DNA from: Steroidobacteraceae bacterium
Lineage (GTDB): Bacteria; Pseudomonadota; Gammaproteobacteria; Steroidobacterales; Steroidobacteraceae
Length of the DNA stretch: 64,000 bases
Direction: 5' to 3'
Assembly: GCA_036272515.1 (NCBI GenBank)
Contig: DATAYO010000046.1
Location: 1,627-65,626 of the forward strand
Below are positions 55,710-64,000 of this stretch, piece after piece; the first letter of the stretch is position 1; every line of letters begins with the position of its first letter. A program made the translations under genes and the position numbers. Under the pieces are notes generated by a model. The model saw only the letters and a list, made by a program, of their open reading frames with translations. It searched no databases and was not told the origin of the DNA.

Positions 55710-57797
55710 TCAGGCCACCCCTTCGGAAAAATACCGAAGAAACCACGATACATAGCGCGCGGTCGCATCGATCACCTGCGGGAAGCTGCGAATGCCGTGA
55801 CCCGAGGTCGGGTAGGTCGCGAGCACCGAGGGCTTGCCATGCTCGAGCAGCGAGCGATGGAACTCGAGCGCCTGCGTGGGCGGTGTGTTCTGATCGAGCG
55901 CACCGGTGAGCTGCAGCACCGGCGTGCGCACGCGCTCGGCGTACAGGGCGGGGCTGCGCCGGAAGAACAGCCCATCGGGAGCGGCGGGCGCGCCGTCCAG
56001 GAACAAGCTGTCGAAATAAGGGATTTGCGAGGTGCGGTGCTGGCTGAACCAGTCGGTGACGGGCGAGATCGGCACGGCGGCGGCGAAGCGGTCGTCCTGG
56101 GTCACGAGCCACGCCGACATGAATCCGCCGTAGCTGATGCCGGTGACGCCGAGCCTCGCCGGGTCGGCGATGCCGCGCTCGATCAGGGCATCGATGCCGC
56201 GCAGATAATCGTGGGTGTCCTCGCCGCCCATGTCGCCCTTCACCCGCCGGGCGAACTCGGCGCCGCGGCCGCTGCTGCCGCGCGGGTTCGGGTAGAACGA
56301 GGCGACGCCGTGATCGGCGAGCACGCGGGCTCCGCGCAACCGCCCTTGCCAGCGGTTGCGGCAGGCCCACACAGGCCCGCCGTGAATGTCCATCACCAGC
56401 GGCCATGGCCCGCGGCCCGCGGGGCGGACCAGAAGGCCCTCGATCTTCAGGCCGTCGCGCGCGCTCCACGCACAGCACTCGACCGTGATCGCATGGCCGC
56501 TCGAGGGGGCGCTCGAGGAGCCGCTCGACGGAACGCTCGATGAGTCGGGCGACTCGGCGCTCGGCGACTCGGCACCTGGGAGCGGATCGCTGGGCGGCGC
56601 GGCGAGCGACTTCTGCATGCGATAGCCGCCCGCTCCGATCTCGGCGATCTCGGGGGCGATCGCGAACGACTCGCCGACGATGACTGCCCCGCCCGTGGGC
56701 AACGGAGCGAGTTGCGGATACCAGCCCGCGCAGGTGCGCTCTCGATCGCCCCACCATTCGCGCACCGCGAGGGTCCGCGGATCGATCTCCCCGGCCACGG
56801 TCTCGAGGCCGCGAATGCCGATGTACAGCAACGCGTCACCGCCCCGCCACGCGGCGTGCGTCACGTCGGTGCCGCGGGTGTCGATGCGCCGTGCCGTCCC
56901 CGCGGCGGTGTCGATCAGCACGAGCGCGCCCGCGACGATCAGTCGATCGCTGCAGACGGCCTCGATCACGGCGATCCGGTCGCCCGCGGGACAGGCCGCG
57001 GGAACGCCGAGCTGATCGGCGCTTCGATAGAGATCCGCGACCGCTCCGCCGGCGATGTCGATGCTCACGAGCCGCGCCTGGTACCAGGAACCTTCGCTGT
57101 GCGAGTCCGAGACCACGCACGCGAGCATCGAGGGACCGAGCCAGCAGCTTTCCCACACATTGAGCCGCTCGGGTCCGACGCGGCGCGCGCGCCCTGAGGT
57201 CACGTCGAGGATCCAGGTGTGGCGCCAGAGATTGGCGGCATCGCCGCTCTCGACCTGCGGCGCCCAGTCCGGCAGGCTCTCTTGGGCGCGCACGGTGGTG
57301 GCGCCGCCCTGGCATCCGGCGAGATCCGCGCCGCGCCCGGCGACCCCGAGCAGCAGGCGGGTGCCCTCGGGCGACCATTCCATCGACTCGATGGTCCCTT
57401 CGAGCGGCGGCAACGCGCGCACGGGTTGGCCGCGCCGCTCGACGAACACTTGAAAATCGCCCCGCGACTCGGGGTCCGACAGATATGCGAGCGACTCGCC
57501 GTCGGGCGACCAGCGCGGCAGGCGATCGTTGGTGCCGGTAGGCTCGCGGATCGTGAGACGCCCGGATGCGCGTTCGAGCGCTGCGACGCGCGTGACCGGC
57601 GGCTCGGCGGTGCTCGGGTACAGGGTGCCGGTAAAGCTCACGGTGCGCCCGTCGGGCGACACCGACAGATCGCCGGCGTCGGTCACGTGCCCGGTGCCCG
57701 GGCCATACAGCGACTCGTAGAAGCGCTCGATCTGCCGATAGATCGGCGTCGATCGAATATCGCGGGCCGTGAACGCGGGCTCGTTATTGCGGGTCAT
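55710..57797 (-). CDS. S9 family serine peptidase (beta-propeller + alpha/beta hydrolase; acylaminoacyl/dipeptidyl peptidase-like)
   Basis: TolB-like propeller repeats (PRWSPDGESLAYLSD). Nucleophile elbow GVTGISYGGFMSAW. Catalytic Asp/His contexts TGALDQNTP and PTSGHGI. Ser/Pro-rich insertion PGAESPSAESPDSSSVPSSGSSSAPSSG. Confidence 0.9.
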   Translation of the reverse strand: MTRNNEPAFTARDIRSTPIYRQIERFYESLYGPGTGHVTDAGDLSVSPDGRTVSFTGTLYPSTAEPPVTRVAALERASGRLTIREPTGTNDRLPRWSPDGESLAYLSDPESRGDFQVFVERRGQPVRALPPLEGTIESMEWSPEGTRLLLGVAGRGADLAGCQGGATTVRAQESLPDWAPQVESGDAANLWRHTWILDVTSGRARRVGPERLNVWESCWLGPSMLACVVSDSHSEGSWYQARLVSIDIAGGAVADLYRSADQLGVPAACPAGDRIAVIEAVCSDRLIVAGALVLIDTAAGTARRIDTRGTDVTHAAWRGGDALLYIGIRGLETVAGEIDPRTLAVREWWGDRERTCAGWYPQLAPLPTGGAVIVGESFAIAPEIAEIGAGGYRMQKSLAAPPSDPLPGAESPSAESPDSSSVPSSGSSSAPSSGHAITVECCAWSARDGLKIEGLLVRPAGRGPWPLVMDIHGGPVWACRNRWQGRLRGARVLADHGVASFYPNPRGSSGRGAEFARRVKGDMGGEDTHDYLRGIDALIERGIADPARLGVTGISYGGFMSAWLVTQDDRFAAAVPISPVTDWFSQHRTSQIPYFDSLFLDGAPAAPDGLFFRRSPALYAERVRTPVLQLTGALDQNTPPTQALEFHRSLLEHGKPSVLATYPTSGHGIRSFPQVIDATARYVSWFLRYFSEGVA

Positions 57798-57909
57798 TGC
57801 AGGCGGCGATGTTAGCGCAGTGCGGCGCGATGAGGACGCCGGTCAGCCGCTTTTCTCCCGTCTTCCTTCAATTCACGCCTGAAAGCCTCACTCGGGACGG
57901 TCGCGTTCT

Positions 57910-57947
57910 TTAAACTTCGAGATTGGACTTAAACTTCGAGATCGGAC
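57910..57947. promoter_or_regulatory. Tandem 19-bp direct repeat in the divergent S9-peptidase/Rieske-oxygenase promoter region
   Basis: ttaaacttcgagattggac (57910-57928) and ttaaacttcgagatcggac (57929-57947). The array ends 19 nt before ATG 57967. A regulatory role is inferred. Confidence 0.45.
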
Positions 57948-57966
57948 TACCAGCCGCGAGTTGCTC

Positions 57967-59208
57967 ATGAGCACCGTCCCCGTGCCACCCGGAAGCGTCG
58001 ACCTGCAGGCGCTCATCGCCCGCCAGCGCCCCGGCCACTCGCTGGAGCAGCCGTTCTACACTGCGCCCGAGATCTTCGAGGTCGAGCGGCGCGGCTGGCT
58101 CGCACGCCAGTGGTTCGTGCTTGGTCACGGCAGCGAGATCCCGGAGGCAGGCTGCTACATGGTGCGCGAGCTCCTCGGCGAATCGCTGATCGTGCTGCGC
58201 GACGAGAGCGGCCGTGTGCACGCGTACTACAACGTGTGCCGGCATCGCGGCTCGCGGCTCTACACCGAGGACGGGCGCGGCACGCACTTGGTCTGTCCTT
58301 ACCACGCCTGGGGATACCGGCTCGACGGCTCGCTGCGCTCGGCCGCGGCGCTCCCCGCGGGTACCGACAGGGCCGCGCTCGGCCTGCGCTCGATCGCCGT
58401 CTCGGAATGCGAGGGTCTGATCGTGGCGAGCCTGACCGGCGAGGTCGAGACCGCCCGCACCCTGGAGCGCACGTTCGCCGACGGCCTGCGCCATCACGGT
58501 ATCGCCGGCGCGCGCGTCGCCGCACGGCGCAGCTACCCCACGCGGGGCAACTGGAAGCTCGTCATCGAGAACTTCATCGAGTGCTACCACTGTCTACCGG
58601 CCCACCCCGAGTACTGCCGCGTGATGAAGCACGTCGACGCGGTGGCGCGCGAGCCCAATCCCGCCGGGCAGGCCTGGCAGCAGCGGGTGGATGCGTGGCT
58701 CGAGCGCGAGGCGAACCGCGAGTCCCCGCTCGGTGGGAGGCCGGCGCCGCTCACGCTCCCGCTCTGCGGCACCAGCCGGGCGCCGATCGGCGGCGGCCGC
58801 AAGACCCAATCGGAGGACGGTCAGCCGGTCGCGCCGCTGATGGGGCGGCAAGCGCGTTTCGACGGCGGTGTGAGCATCTTCCGGTGCGAGCCGTTCATCT
58901 ATTTCGGGGCGCTGAACGATCATGCGGTGATGTTTCAGTTCCTGCCGGTCTCGGTCGATCTGACCCAGGTGACCATCAGCTGGCTGGTCGAGGGTGCGGC
59001 GGGCGATGCCGAGATCGACGTCGAGCGCATGATCTGGCTCTGGGACGTGACCACGATCCAGGACCAGCAGCTGATCGAGCGCAACGCCGAGGGCATTCGC
59101 TCGCGTTCCTACCTGCCCGGACCGTATAGCGAGCTCGAGAGCATGCCGTCCCGGCTGGTGCAGCGCTATCTGAGCGAGCTCGCTGCGGACGGTGCCTCTG
59201 CCCGATAG
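57967..59208 (+). CDS. Rieske [2Fe-2S] non-heme-iron oxygenase alpha subunit (GbcA/choline-monooxygenase-like SRPBCC type)
   Basis: Rieske motif CRHRGSRL...CPYHAWGY. Mononuclear-iron region NWKLVIENFIECYHCLPAHPEY. Confidence 0.85.
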   Translation: MSTVPVPPGSVDLQALIARQRPGHSLEQPFYTAPEIFEVERRGWLARQWFVLGHGSEIPEAGCYMVRELLGESLIVLRDESGRVHAYYNVCRHRGSRLYTEDGRGTHLVCPYHAWGYRLDGSLRSAAALPAGTDRAALGLRSIAVSECEGLIVASLTGEVETARTLERTFADGLRHHGIAGARVAARRSYPTRGNWKLVIENFIECYHCLPAHPEYCRVMKHVDAVAREPNPAGQAWQQRVDAWLEREANRESPLGGRPAPLTLPLCGTSRAPIGGGRKTQSEDGQPVAPLMGRQARFDGGVSIFRCEPFIYFGALNDHAVMFQFLPVSVDLTQVTISWLVEGAAGDAEIDVERMIWLWDVTTIQDQQLIERNAEGIRSRSYLPGPYSELESMPSRLVQRYLSELAADGASAR

Positions 59209-60488
59209 CGCGCCTCGGAGCGCTTCCAGGTGAGCCGGGCGGAGAAGAACAGCAGGCAAGCGAGGGCACCGGCAATCACGCCGACCAGACTGATCGCGCG
59301 ATCCACCGCCGCCGGCGTGCGATAGACGTAGCCGATCGCCGCGCCGATGAGCGTCGGTCCCCCACCGAGCCCCACCAGGGTGTTGGTGAACGTGAGCACC
59401 GCGAAGGCGGTGCCGCGGAATTGAGTGGGGACCACGTCCTGGATCACGGCCACCGCGCTCAGCTCGCCCAGGGTCGCGATGAAGATCCAGGAGCCGAGGC
59501 CGAAGAGCACGAAGTTCGCGTGCCCCCCCGAGATGACGGCGGCGGCGGCCGCCGCGAGTACGGCGCCCGTCATGGCGACGGAGAGGCGGGCGCGGTCCCC
59601 GCCCTGGCGTGCGGCGAGGTCCGCGACCCAACCGCCGAGCACCGAGCCCGCGATGCCGGCACCCGCCGTGATCACGCCGAAGGCGATGCCGACCCGGTCC
59701 GGATTCCAGCGGAACACGCGCGTGAGCGCCGTGGGAGCCCAGGAGACCAGGCCATAGTCGCCGATCGAGAGCAGCGCCAGGCCGCCGTAAAGTGGCAGGA
59801 GCCGCCGCCGATCCAACAGGAAATGACGCAGCGTCGCGGTGAGGTCGGTGCCCTCGACCCGGCCGCGCGGCGGGTCGGCGATGGTGAGAATCAGCAGCGG
59901 TGCGATCAGCCCGACCACGCCGGTGGTGACCAGCACGGCGCGCCAGGGCGCGAGCGCGCCGATTCCCGGCCAGGCGACGAGCGCCCCGCCCTGCGCCAGG
60001 GACAAAAGCACGCCGCCGACGGTGATGCCGAATGGGCCGCCGACCACCGAGCCCAAGAGGAATACGCCGAGGGCAAGCCCGCGGCGCTCGGGCGGGAAAG
60101 CATCGCCGAGCAGGGAGAGCCCGGTCGGAATGAGCGCGGCCTCACCCACGCCGAGCAGCGCGCGGCCGGCCAGGAACACGCCCGCGGTGGGCGCGAGACC
60201 GCACACGACGGTTGCCGCGCACCAGAGCGTCGCACCCGCCAGCAGCAGCCGCCGCCGGCTGTGCCGGTCGGCCAGACGCCCGAACGGCAGCGCCGTGAAC
60301 ACATACACGAGCGTGAACACGGGCCCCTGCAACAGCCCCACCTGGCTGTCGCTGAGTCCCAGGTCGCCGCGCAGCGGATCGACCAGCATGCTCAGGATGA
60401 GGCGATCGGAGTACGAGACGATCGCGGTCACGAACAGCACGCCGACGAGCCACCAGCGCGCTCCGGCCGACAGGGGTTGCGGGCTCAC
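59166..60488 (-). CDS. MFS transporter (Spinster-like), paralog of 2464..3786
   Basis: 440 aa, GTG start. ALPFGRLADRHSRRRLL and GRALLGVGEAA motifs. The 3' end overlaps the Rieske gene by 43 nt. Confidence 0.85.
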   Translation of the reverse strand: MSPQPLSAGARWWLVGVLFVTAIVSYSDRLILSMLVDPLRGDLGLSDSQVGLLQGPVFTLVYVFTALPFGRLADRHSRRRLLLAGATLWCAATVVCGLAPTAGVFLAGRALLGVGEAALIPTGLSLLGDAFPPERRGLALGVFLLGSVVGGPFGITVGGVLLSLAQGGALVAWPGIGALAPWRAVLVTTGVVGLIAPLLILTIADPPRGRVEGTDLTATLRHFLLDRRRLLPLYGGLALLSIGDYGLVSWAPTALTRVFRWNPDRVGIAFGVITAGAGIAGSVLGGWVADLAARQGGDRARLSVAMTGAVLAAAAAAVISGGHANFVLFGLGSWIFIATLGELSAVAVIQDVVPTQFRGTAFAVLTFTNTLVGLGGGPTLIGAAIGYVYRTPAAVDRAISLVGVIAGALACLLFFSARLTWKRSEARYRAEAPSAASSLR

Positions 60489-60571
60489 ACTACTGGCGGG
60501 GCGCCGCAGCGGTTAGCATACGAACTTCGCCGATGCGCGGCGTTCACGGCCAAAGGCCTGCGGAGACACTC

Positions 60572-61585
60572 ATGGGTCATATTGTGCTCGACCATCCCCC
60601 GATCCCGTCCGAGGTTCGCGCCATGTTCGCCGATGCGCTCGTCTGGGACAACCACACCTGCACCACCATCCGTCCCGGACATGCGCATTCGCTCGCCGAC
60701 CTGGAGCGTCACCGCCGCGCCGGTGTCGACGTGGTCGGGCTCAACGTCGGCTTCGATGCCGTGCCGGCGAGCGATGCCATCGTGCTGCTCGCCGACTTTC
60801 GCCGCTGGCTGCGCAATCACCCGCAGGAGTATGCGCTGGTGGGGAGCGTTGCGGACATCGAGGGGGCGAAGCGCGCGGGCAAGCTCGGGGTGTTCTTCAA
60901 TCTCGAGGGCGGCAACGCGCTGCACGGTCATGCCAGCATGGTGTCGCTGTACTACGAGCTCGGCGTCCGCTGGATGCTGTTCGCGTACAACCGCACCAAT
61001 GCGCTGGCGGGCGGATGCCAGGACATCGACAACGGCCTCACCGACTTCGGCCGCGAGGTGCTCAAGGAAATGGAGCGGGTGGGCATGATGGTGTGCTGCT
61101 CGCACATCGGCGAGCGCAGCGCGCTCGAGATCATGGAGCTCGCGACCCGGCCGGTGATCTACTCGCATTCCAATCCGCTCGGCAAGTGGCCGCATGCACG
61201 CAATATCTCGGATCAGGCCATGCGTGCCTGCGCGCGCACCGGCGGGGTGATCGGGATCAACGGCATCGGTATATTCCTGGGCGAGAACGACGCGCGCGTC
61301 GAGACCCTGGTCGAGCACGTCGACTACGCGCTGAATCTGGTCGGCCCCGAGCATGTCGCGATCGGCCTCGACTACGCCTTCGACGACGAGGAGGTGCGCA
61401 CCTTCCTCAAGGCCCATCCCGAGATCTATCCGCCGGAGAAATACCCGAACGGTCTCGAGATGGTGCCGCCTGAATGCTTCCCGCGGATCGCCGGGCTCTT
61501 GCTGGCCCGCGGCTGGAGCGGCACCGAGGTACGTCAAGTCATGGGGCAGAATCTGTTGCGCGTGGCCAGGCAGGTGTGGCGGTAG
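60572..61585 (+). CDS. Membrane (renal-type) dipeptidase, peptidase family M19
   Basis: ATG 60572 follows GGAGA. VWDNH..., signature-like LEGGNALHGHASMVSLYYELGVRWMLFAYNRTN, SHSNP, GLDYAFDD. Confidence 0.85.
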   Translation: MGHIVLDHPPIPSEVRAMFADALVWDNHTCTTIRPGHAHSLADLERHRRAGVDVVGLNVGFDAVPASDAIVLLADFRRWLRNHPQEYALVGSVADIEGAKRAGKLGVFFNLEGGNALHGHASMVSLYYELGVRWMLFAYNRTNALAGGCQDIDNGLTDFGREVLKEMERVGMMVCCSHIGERSALEIMELATRPVIYSHSNPLGKWPHARNISDQAMRACARTGGVIGINGIGIFLGENDARVETLVEHVDYALNLVGPEHVAIGLDYAFDDEEVRTFLKAHPEIYPPEKYPNGLEMVPPECFPRIAGLLLARGWSGTEVRQVMGQNLLRVARQVWR

Positions 61586-61697
61586 GCCAGATCGGCGGGG
61601 TTTCCCTTAAACCACCGACCTCGAAAGTCGGCCGCTGCTCGGCCGCGCGGCGCCGCGGCCATTGCGCCGAAAAGCGCGGAACTCTACATTGGGGGCC

Positions 61698-62807
61698 ATG
61701 ACGAGAACAGAGCCGCCCGCCCGCGGTCCCCGCTTGAGCAAATCACGAACGTCGAAGGGTGCCTCCCGCGTACCGACCTCCGCCACCCGCGGCATCATCC
61801 GGGGCCGGGTGGGACCGGACGCCACGCTCTCCGATGCCTTTGCCGTGCTCGAGAAAGAGACCGGCGAGGTGCCGGTGATGCGCCATCCGGTGCGCAATCT
61901 ACGCGGTGCGCGCTTTCATCTCGATCCGAAGGACGGCTCCGGCTACTACGATCTCACCCGGGTCGGCGAGCATGTGTTCGTGATCGTCGGCAATTTCGCC
62001 TACAGGCACCCGCGCATCGAGCTCATCCCGGGCGACGGGCGCATCCAGTTCTACTTCAAGCTGAGCGGCGATCTCACGCTCGGCGTGAGCCGCACCGAGC
62101 CGCTGCGCCTCAACCGGCCGAGCTTGCTGATCTACAAGCAGCACGCCGGGTTCGATCTGCAGGAATGGACGGCGCCGAGCGTGCTCGAGCGCTGCGTGGC
62201 GATCACGTTTTCACCGGAATATCTGATAGAAAATTTCTTGAGCTCGCGCACCGGAGCGCTTCCGGAGCTGGCGCTCGCCGACCGCGACGCCGGGCAATTC
62301 AAGTACCTGCGCCGGCCGCTCACCGCACGCATGTACGAGCTCGCCTCGCGGCTGGTCGACAATCCCTACGAGGGGTCGCTGCGCCTGGTGCACACCGAGG
62401 CGGTCACCCTGGAGCTGCTTTGCGCGGCGGTGCATGGATTTTCCTCGCTTCCGGCGACGCCGAACGAGGAGTACAGCGACCGCGACCTGCGCTGCCTGCA
62501 CATCGCGCGTGAGCTGCTGATGCGGCAACTGACCCCCGCCCCCACCATCCGCCAGGTGTCGCGCGCCGCCGGCATGAACGAGACCGCCTTGAAGCACGGA
62601 TTCAAGGCAGTGTTCGGCGACACGCTGTTCGAATTCTCGGTGCGCTGTCGCATGCAGCATGCCTTGACCTTGCTGCGAGAGCGCTGCGTGCCGGTGGCGC
62701 AGATCGCCGAGAGCGTCGGCTACTCGCACCAGACCTCGTTCGCGACCGCGTTCCGCCGCCACTTCGGCATCAGGCCGCGGGATGTGCGGGCGGTCAAGCC
62801 ACGCTGA
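61698..62807 (+). CDS. AraC family transcriptional regulator, paralog of 6228..7322
   Basis: C-terminal HTH pair (VSRAAGMNETALKHGFKAVFGDTLFEFSVRCRMQHAL...IAESVGYSHQTSFATAFRRHFGIRP). The N-terminal segment ATLSDAFAVLEKETGEV aligns with GTLRHLFGNLHELTRGEI of the paralog, which favours ATG 61698. Confidence 0.85.
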   Translation: MTRTEPPARGPRLSKSRTSKGASRVPTSATRGIIRGRVGPDATLSDAFAVLEKETGEVPVMRHPVRNLRGARFHLDPKDGSGYYDLTRVGEHVFVIVGNFAYRHPRIELIPGDGRIQFYFKLSGDLTLGVSRTEPLRLNRPSLLIYKQHAGFDLQEWTAPSVLERCVAITFSPEYLIENFLSSRTGALPELALADRDAGQFKYLRRPLTARMYELASRLVDNPYEGSLRLVHTEAVTLELLCAAVHGFSSLPATPNEEYSDRDLRCLHIARELLMRQLTPAPTIRQVSRAAGMNETALKHGFKAVFGDTLFEFSVRCRMQHALTLLRERCVPVAQIAESVGYSHQTSFATAFRRHFGIRPRDVRAVKPR

Positions 62808-62821
62808 CAAGGATCCGGATC

Positions 62822-64000
62822 ATGCCGCGTACCGCCTGCAACGCGAGTTTTCTCGCAGCTTCTCTCTCGCTGCTCGGCGCCGCTTCGGCCGGCGCCGCGG
62901 TGCTCGCCGGCTGGAGCCAGTATGGGACGAACGGCGAGGTCGACGCGAAAGTGGTCACGGATGAGTCCTCGTGCCCGGCCATGATTGCCGACGGCAGACC
63001 GCTGGCGATGCGCGAGCGCGCGGCCCCGAGCGAGGCCTTTCCGGTGCGCATCTGCGTTGCGCCGATTCCGCCCGGCACCCGGCACTTGCGGGCCGAGGGC
63101 CTGCGGCTGCCGGTGCCGGTCGCTCGTCCGCGGCACATCGTGGTGTTCGGCGATACCGGCTGCCGGGTGAAGGGCCCGGTCGTGCAGGATTGCAGCGAGG
63201 AAGCCGCGTGGCCGTTCCGCGACGTGGCCGCGCATGCCGCGCAAGAGCATCCCGATCTCATGCTGCATCTGGGTGATTACGTCTATCGCGAGTCACCCTG
63301 CCGGCCGGGCGATCCGCGCTGCGCCGGCACGCCCTGGGGCGACAACTGGCCGACCTGGAAGGCGGATTTCTTCGTCCCCGCCGCGCCCTTGCTGCACGAG
63401 ACCGTGTGGCTGATGGGCCGCGGCAATCACGAGGACTGCCGCCGCAACGGCATCGGCTGGACCACGCTGATCGGGCACGATCCGATCCACGAGCCCTGCC
63501 ATCCGCACGACAGCCCGCTGCTGGTCGACCTCGGCGGCGTGAAGCTGGCCTTGCTCGACGACAATGCCGCGGCGGATCTGCTCAAGGATCTGGATCCGGG
63601 CGTGGCCGAGCCCTTGAAGCGCGACATTGCCACGGCGATCGAGGCCAAGGCCGATTGGCTGGTGACTCATCACCCGTTCCGCGGCATCTCGAAGCCCGAC
63701 AAGCGCCTGGGCGGGAACGCCTGGGAAGGCGCCAACGCCACCTTGCTCTCCGCCCTCGACGGCACCGACGAGGCGCCGCTCACGCTCATGCTTGCCGGTC
63801 ACATCCATAATTTCCAGACCTTGAACTTCGCCGGCAGCACCACGCCGCAGCTGGTGATCGGCGAAGGCGGCGCACAGCTCGATTCGGGCGTGCCGCCGCG
63901 CCTCGATGGCCTGACGACCGGCGGCGCTGCCGTCGTGGACGGAATGTCGCTGCCGGGCTTCGGCTATGTGGTGATGGACCGGATCGGCGACGGCCAGGAT
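62822..64000 (+). CDS. Secreted metallophosphoesterase (calcineurin-like); 3' end runs off the right edge
   Basis: Not in the ORF track (no stop in the window). ATG 62822 opens a frame of 393 codons to nt 64000. Signal peptide MPRTACNASFLAASLSLLGAASAGAAV. Motifs VVFGDTGC, LHLGDYVY, GRGNHE, LAGHIHN. Confidence 0.75.
   Translation, partial: MPRTACNASFLAASLSLLGAASAGAAVLAGWSQYGTNGEVDAKVVTDESSCPAMIADGRPLAMRERAAPSEAFPVRICVAPIPPGTRHLRAEGLRLPVPVARPRHIVVFGDTGCRVKGPVVQDCSEEAAWPFRDVAAHAAQEHPDLMLHLGDYVYRESPCRPGDPRCAGTPWGDNWPTWKADFFVPAAPLLHETVWLMGRGNHEDCRRNGIGWTTLIGHDPIHEPCHPHDSPLLVDLGGVKLALLDDNAAADLLKDLDPGVAEPLKRDIATAIEAKADWLVTHHPFRGISKPDKRLGGNAWEGANATLLSALDGTDEAPLTLMLAGHIHNFQTLNFAGSTTPQLVIGEGGAQLDSGVPPRLDGLTTGGAAVVDGMSLPGFGYVVMDRIGDGQD

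Noticed and set aside
481-61537. Many very long ORFs antisense to the genes called here. Examples: 481..2445 +, 4300..6117 +, 7312..9411 -, 9779..11614 +, 12211..13746 -, 15575..17395 +, 20171..22252 -, 23946..25226 -, 27924..28994 -, 31045..32346 -, 32614..33990 -, 35838..36683 -, 37957..39372 +, 40605..43838 -, 45629..47164 -, 48444..50252 -, 55489..56757 -, 58594..59631 -, 59421..61088 +, 60485..61537 -.
   Set aside because: Their translations are dominated by Arg/Ala/Gly/Pro/His with no recognisable motifs. Each lies opposite a CDS with clear family signatures. This is the usual shadow-ORF effect in high-GC DNA, where stop codons are rare.

Overview
High-GC (about two-thirds G+C by eye) proteobacterial-type chromosomal segment, densely coding on both strands. 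I support about 46 protein genes. I found no rRNA, tRNA, CRISPR array, transposase or integrase. Most long ORFs in the track that lie antisense to the genes called here are Arg/Ala/Gly-rich shadow ORFs typical of high-GC DNA. Two real genes are missing from the track because they run off the window edges (1..2409 minus, 62822..64000 plus). Content by position: (i) 1-9.4 kb, a TonB-dependent receptor / MFS / dimethylglycine-dehydrogenase-like operon, divergent from an AraC regulator and a CocE/NonD hydrolase. (ii) 9.5-19.5 kb, housekeeping and miscellaneous genes: DUF488, glpK, xthA, a SAM methyltransferase, a sulfotransferase, a quinohemoprotein alcohol dehydrogenase, and a LysR/YeiH pair. (iii) 19.7-24.9 kb, a visibly lower-GC patch with a 1119-aa repeat-rich lipoprotein and a hemerythrin protein with a KGG-like repeat tail. 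(iv) 25-35 kb, transport and detoxification modules: MFS, DUF2795, MarR-isochorismatase-MFS, crcB behind a heme-oxygenase-like/TenA-fold enzyme, a GGDEF-EAL protein, and an SMP-30 lactonase-like protein. (v) 35.4-37.1 kb, an OsmC-like / HipA-like kinase / DUF3037 module. This is my best candidate for an uncharacterised system. (vi) 37-45 kb, a 990-aa fused membrane/spermidine-synthase-like protein and a roughly 1520-aa CheB-CheR-PAS-histidine kinase-receiver protein. (vii) 45-51 kb, a MarR-NodT-EmrA-EmrB efflux operon and a MarR-DUF2000 pair. (viii) 51-64 kb, a CHASE3 hybrid kinase, a degraded higA-like remnant, and a second AraC/MFS-linked catabolic cluster (DAO-type FAD oxidoreductase, S9 peptidase, Rieske oxygenase, M19 dipeptidase, metallophosphoesterase). 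A recurring sequence-level oddity is short (10-33 bp) tandem duplications. Several copy the last codons plus the stop codon of a gene, others sit in frame inside CDSs, and two 19-bp arrays lie in divergent promoter regions. All family calls come from motif recognition by eye; no searches were run.
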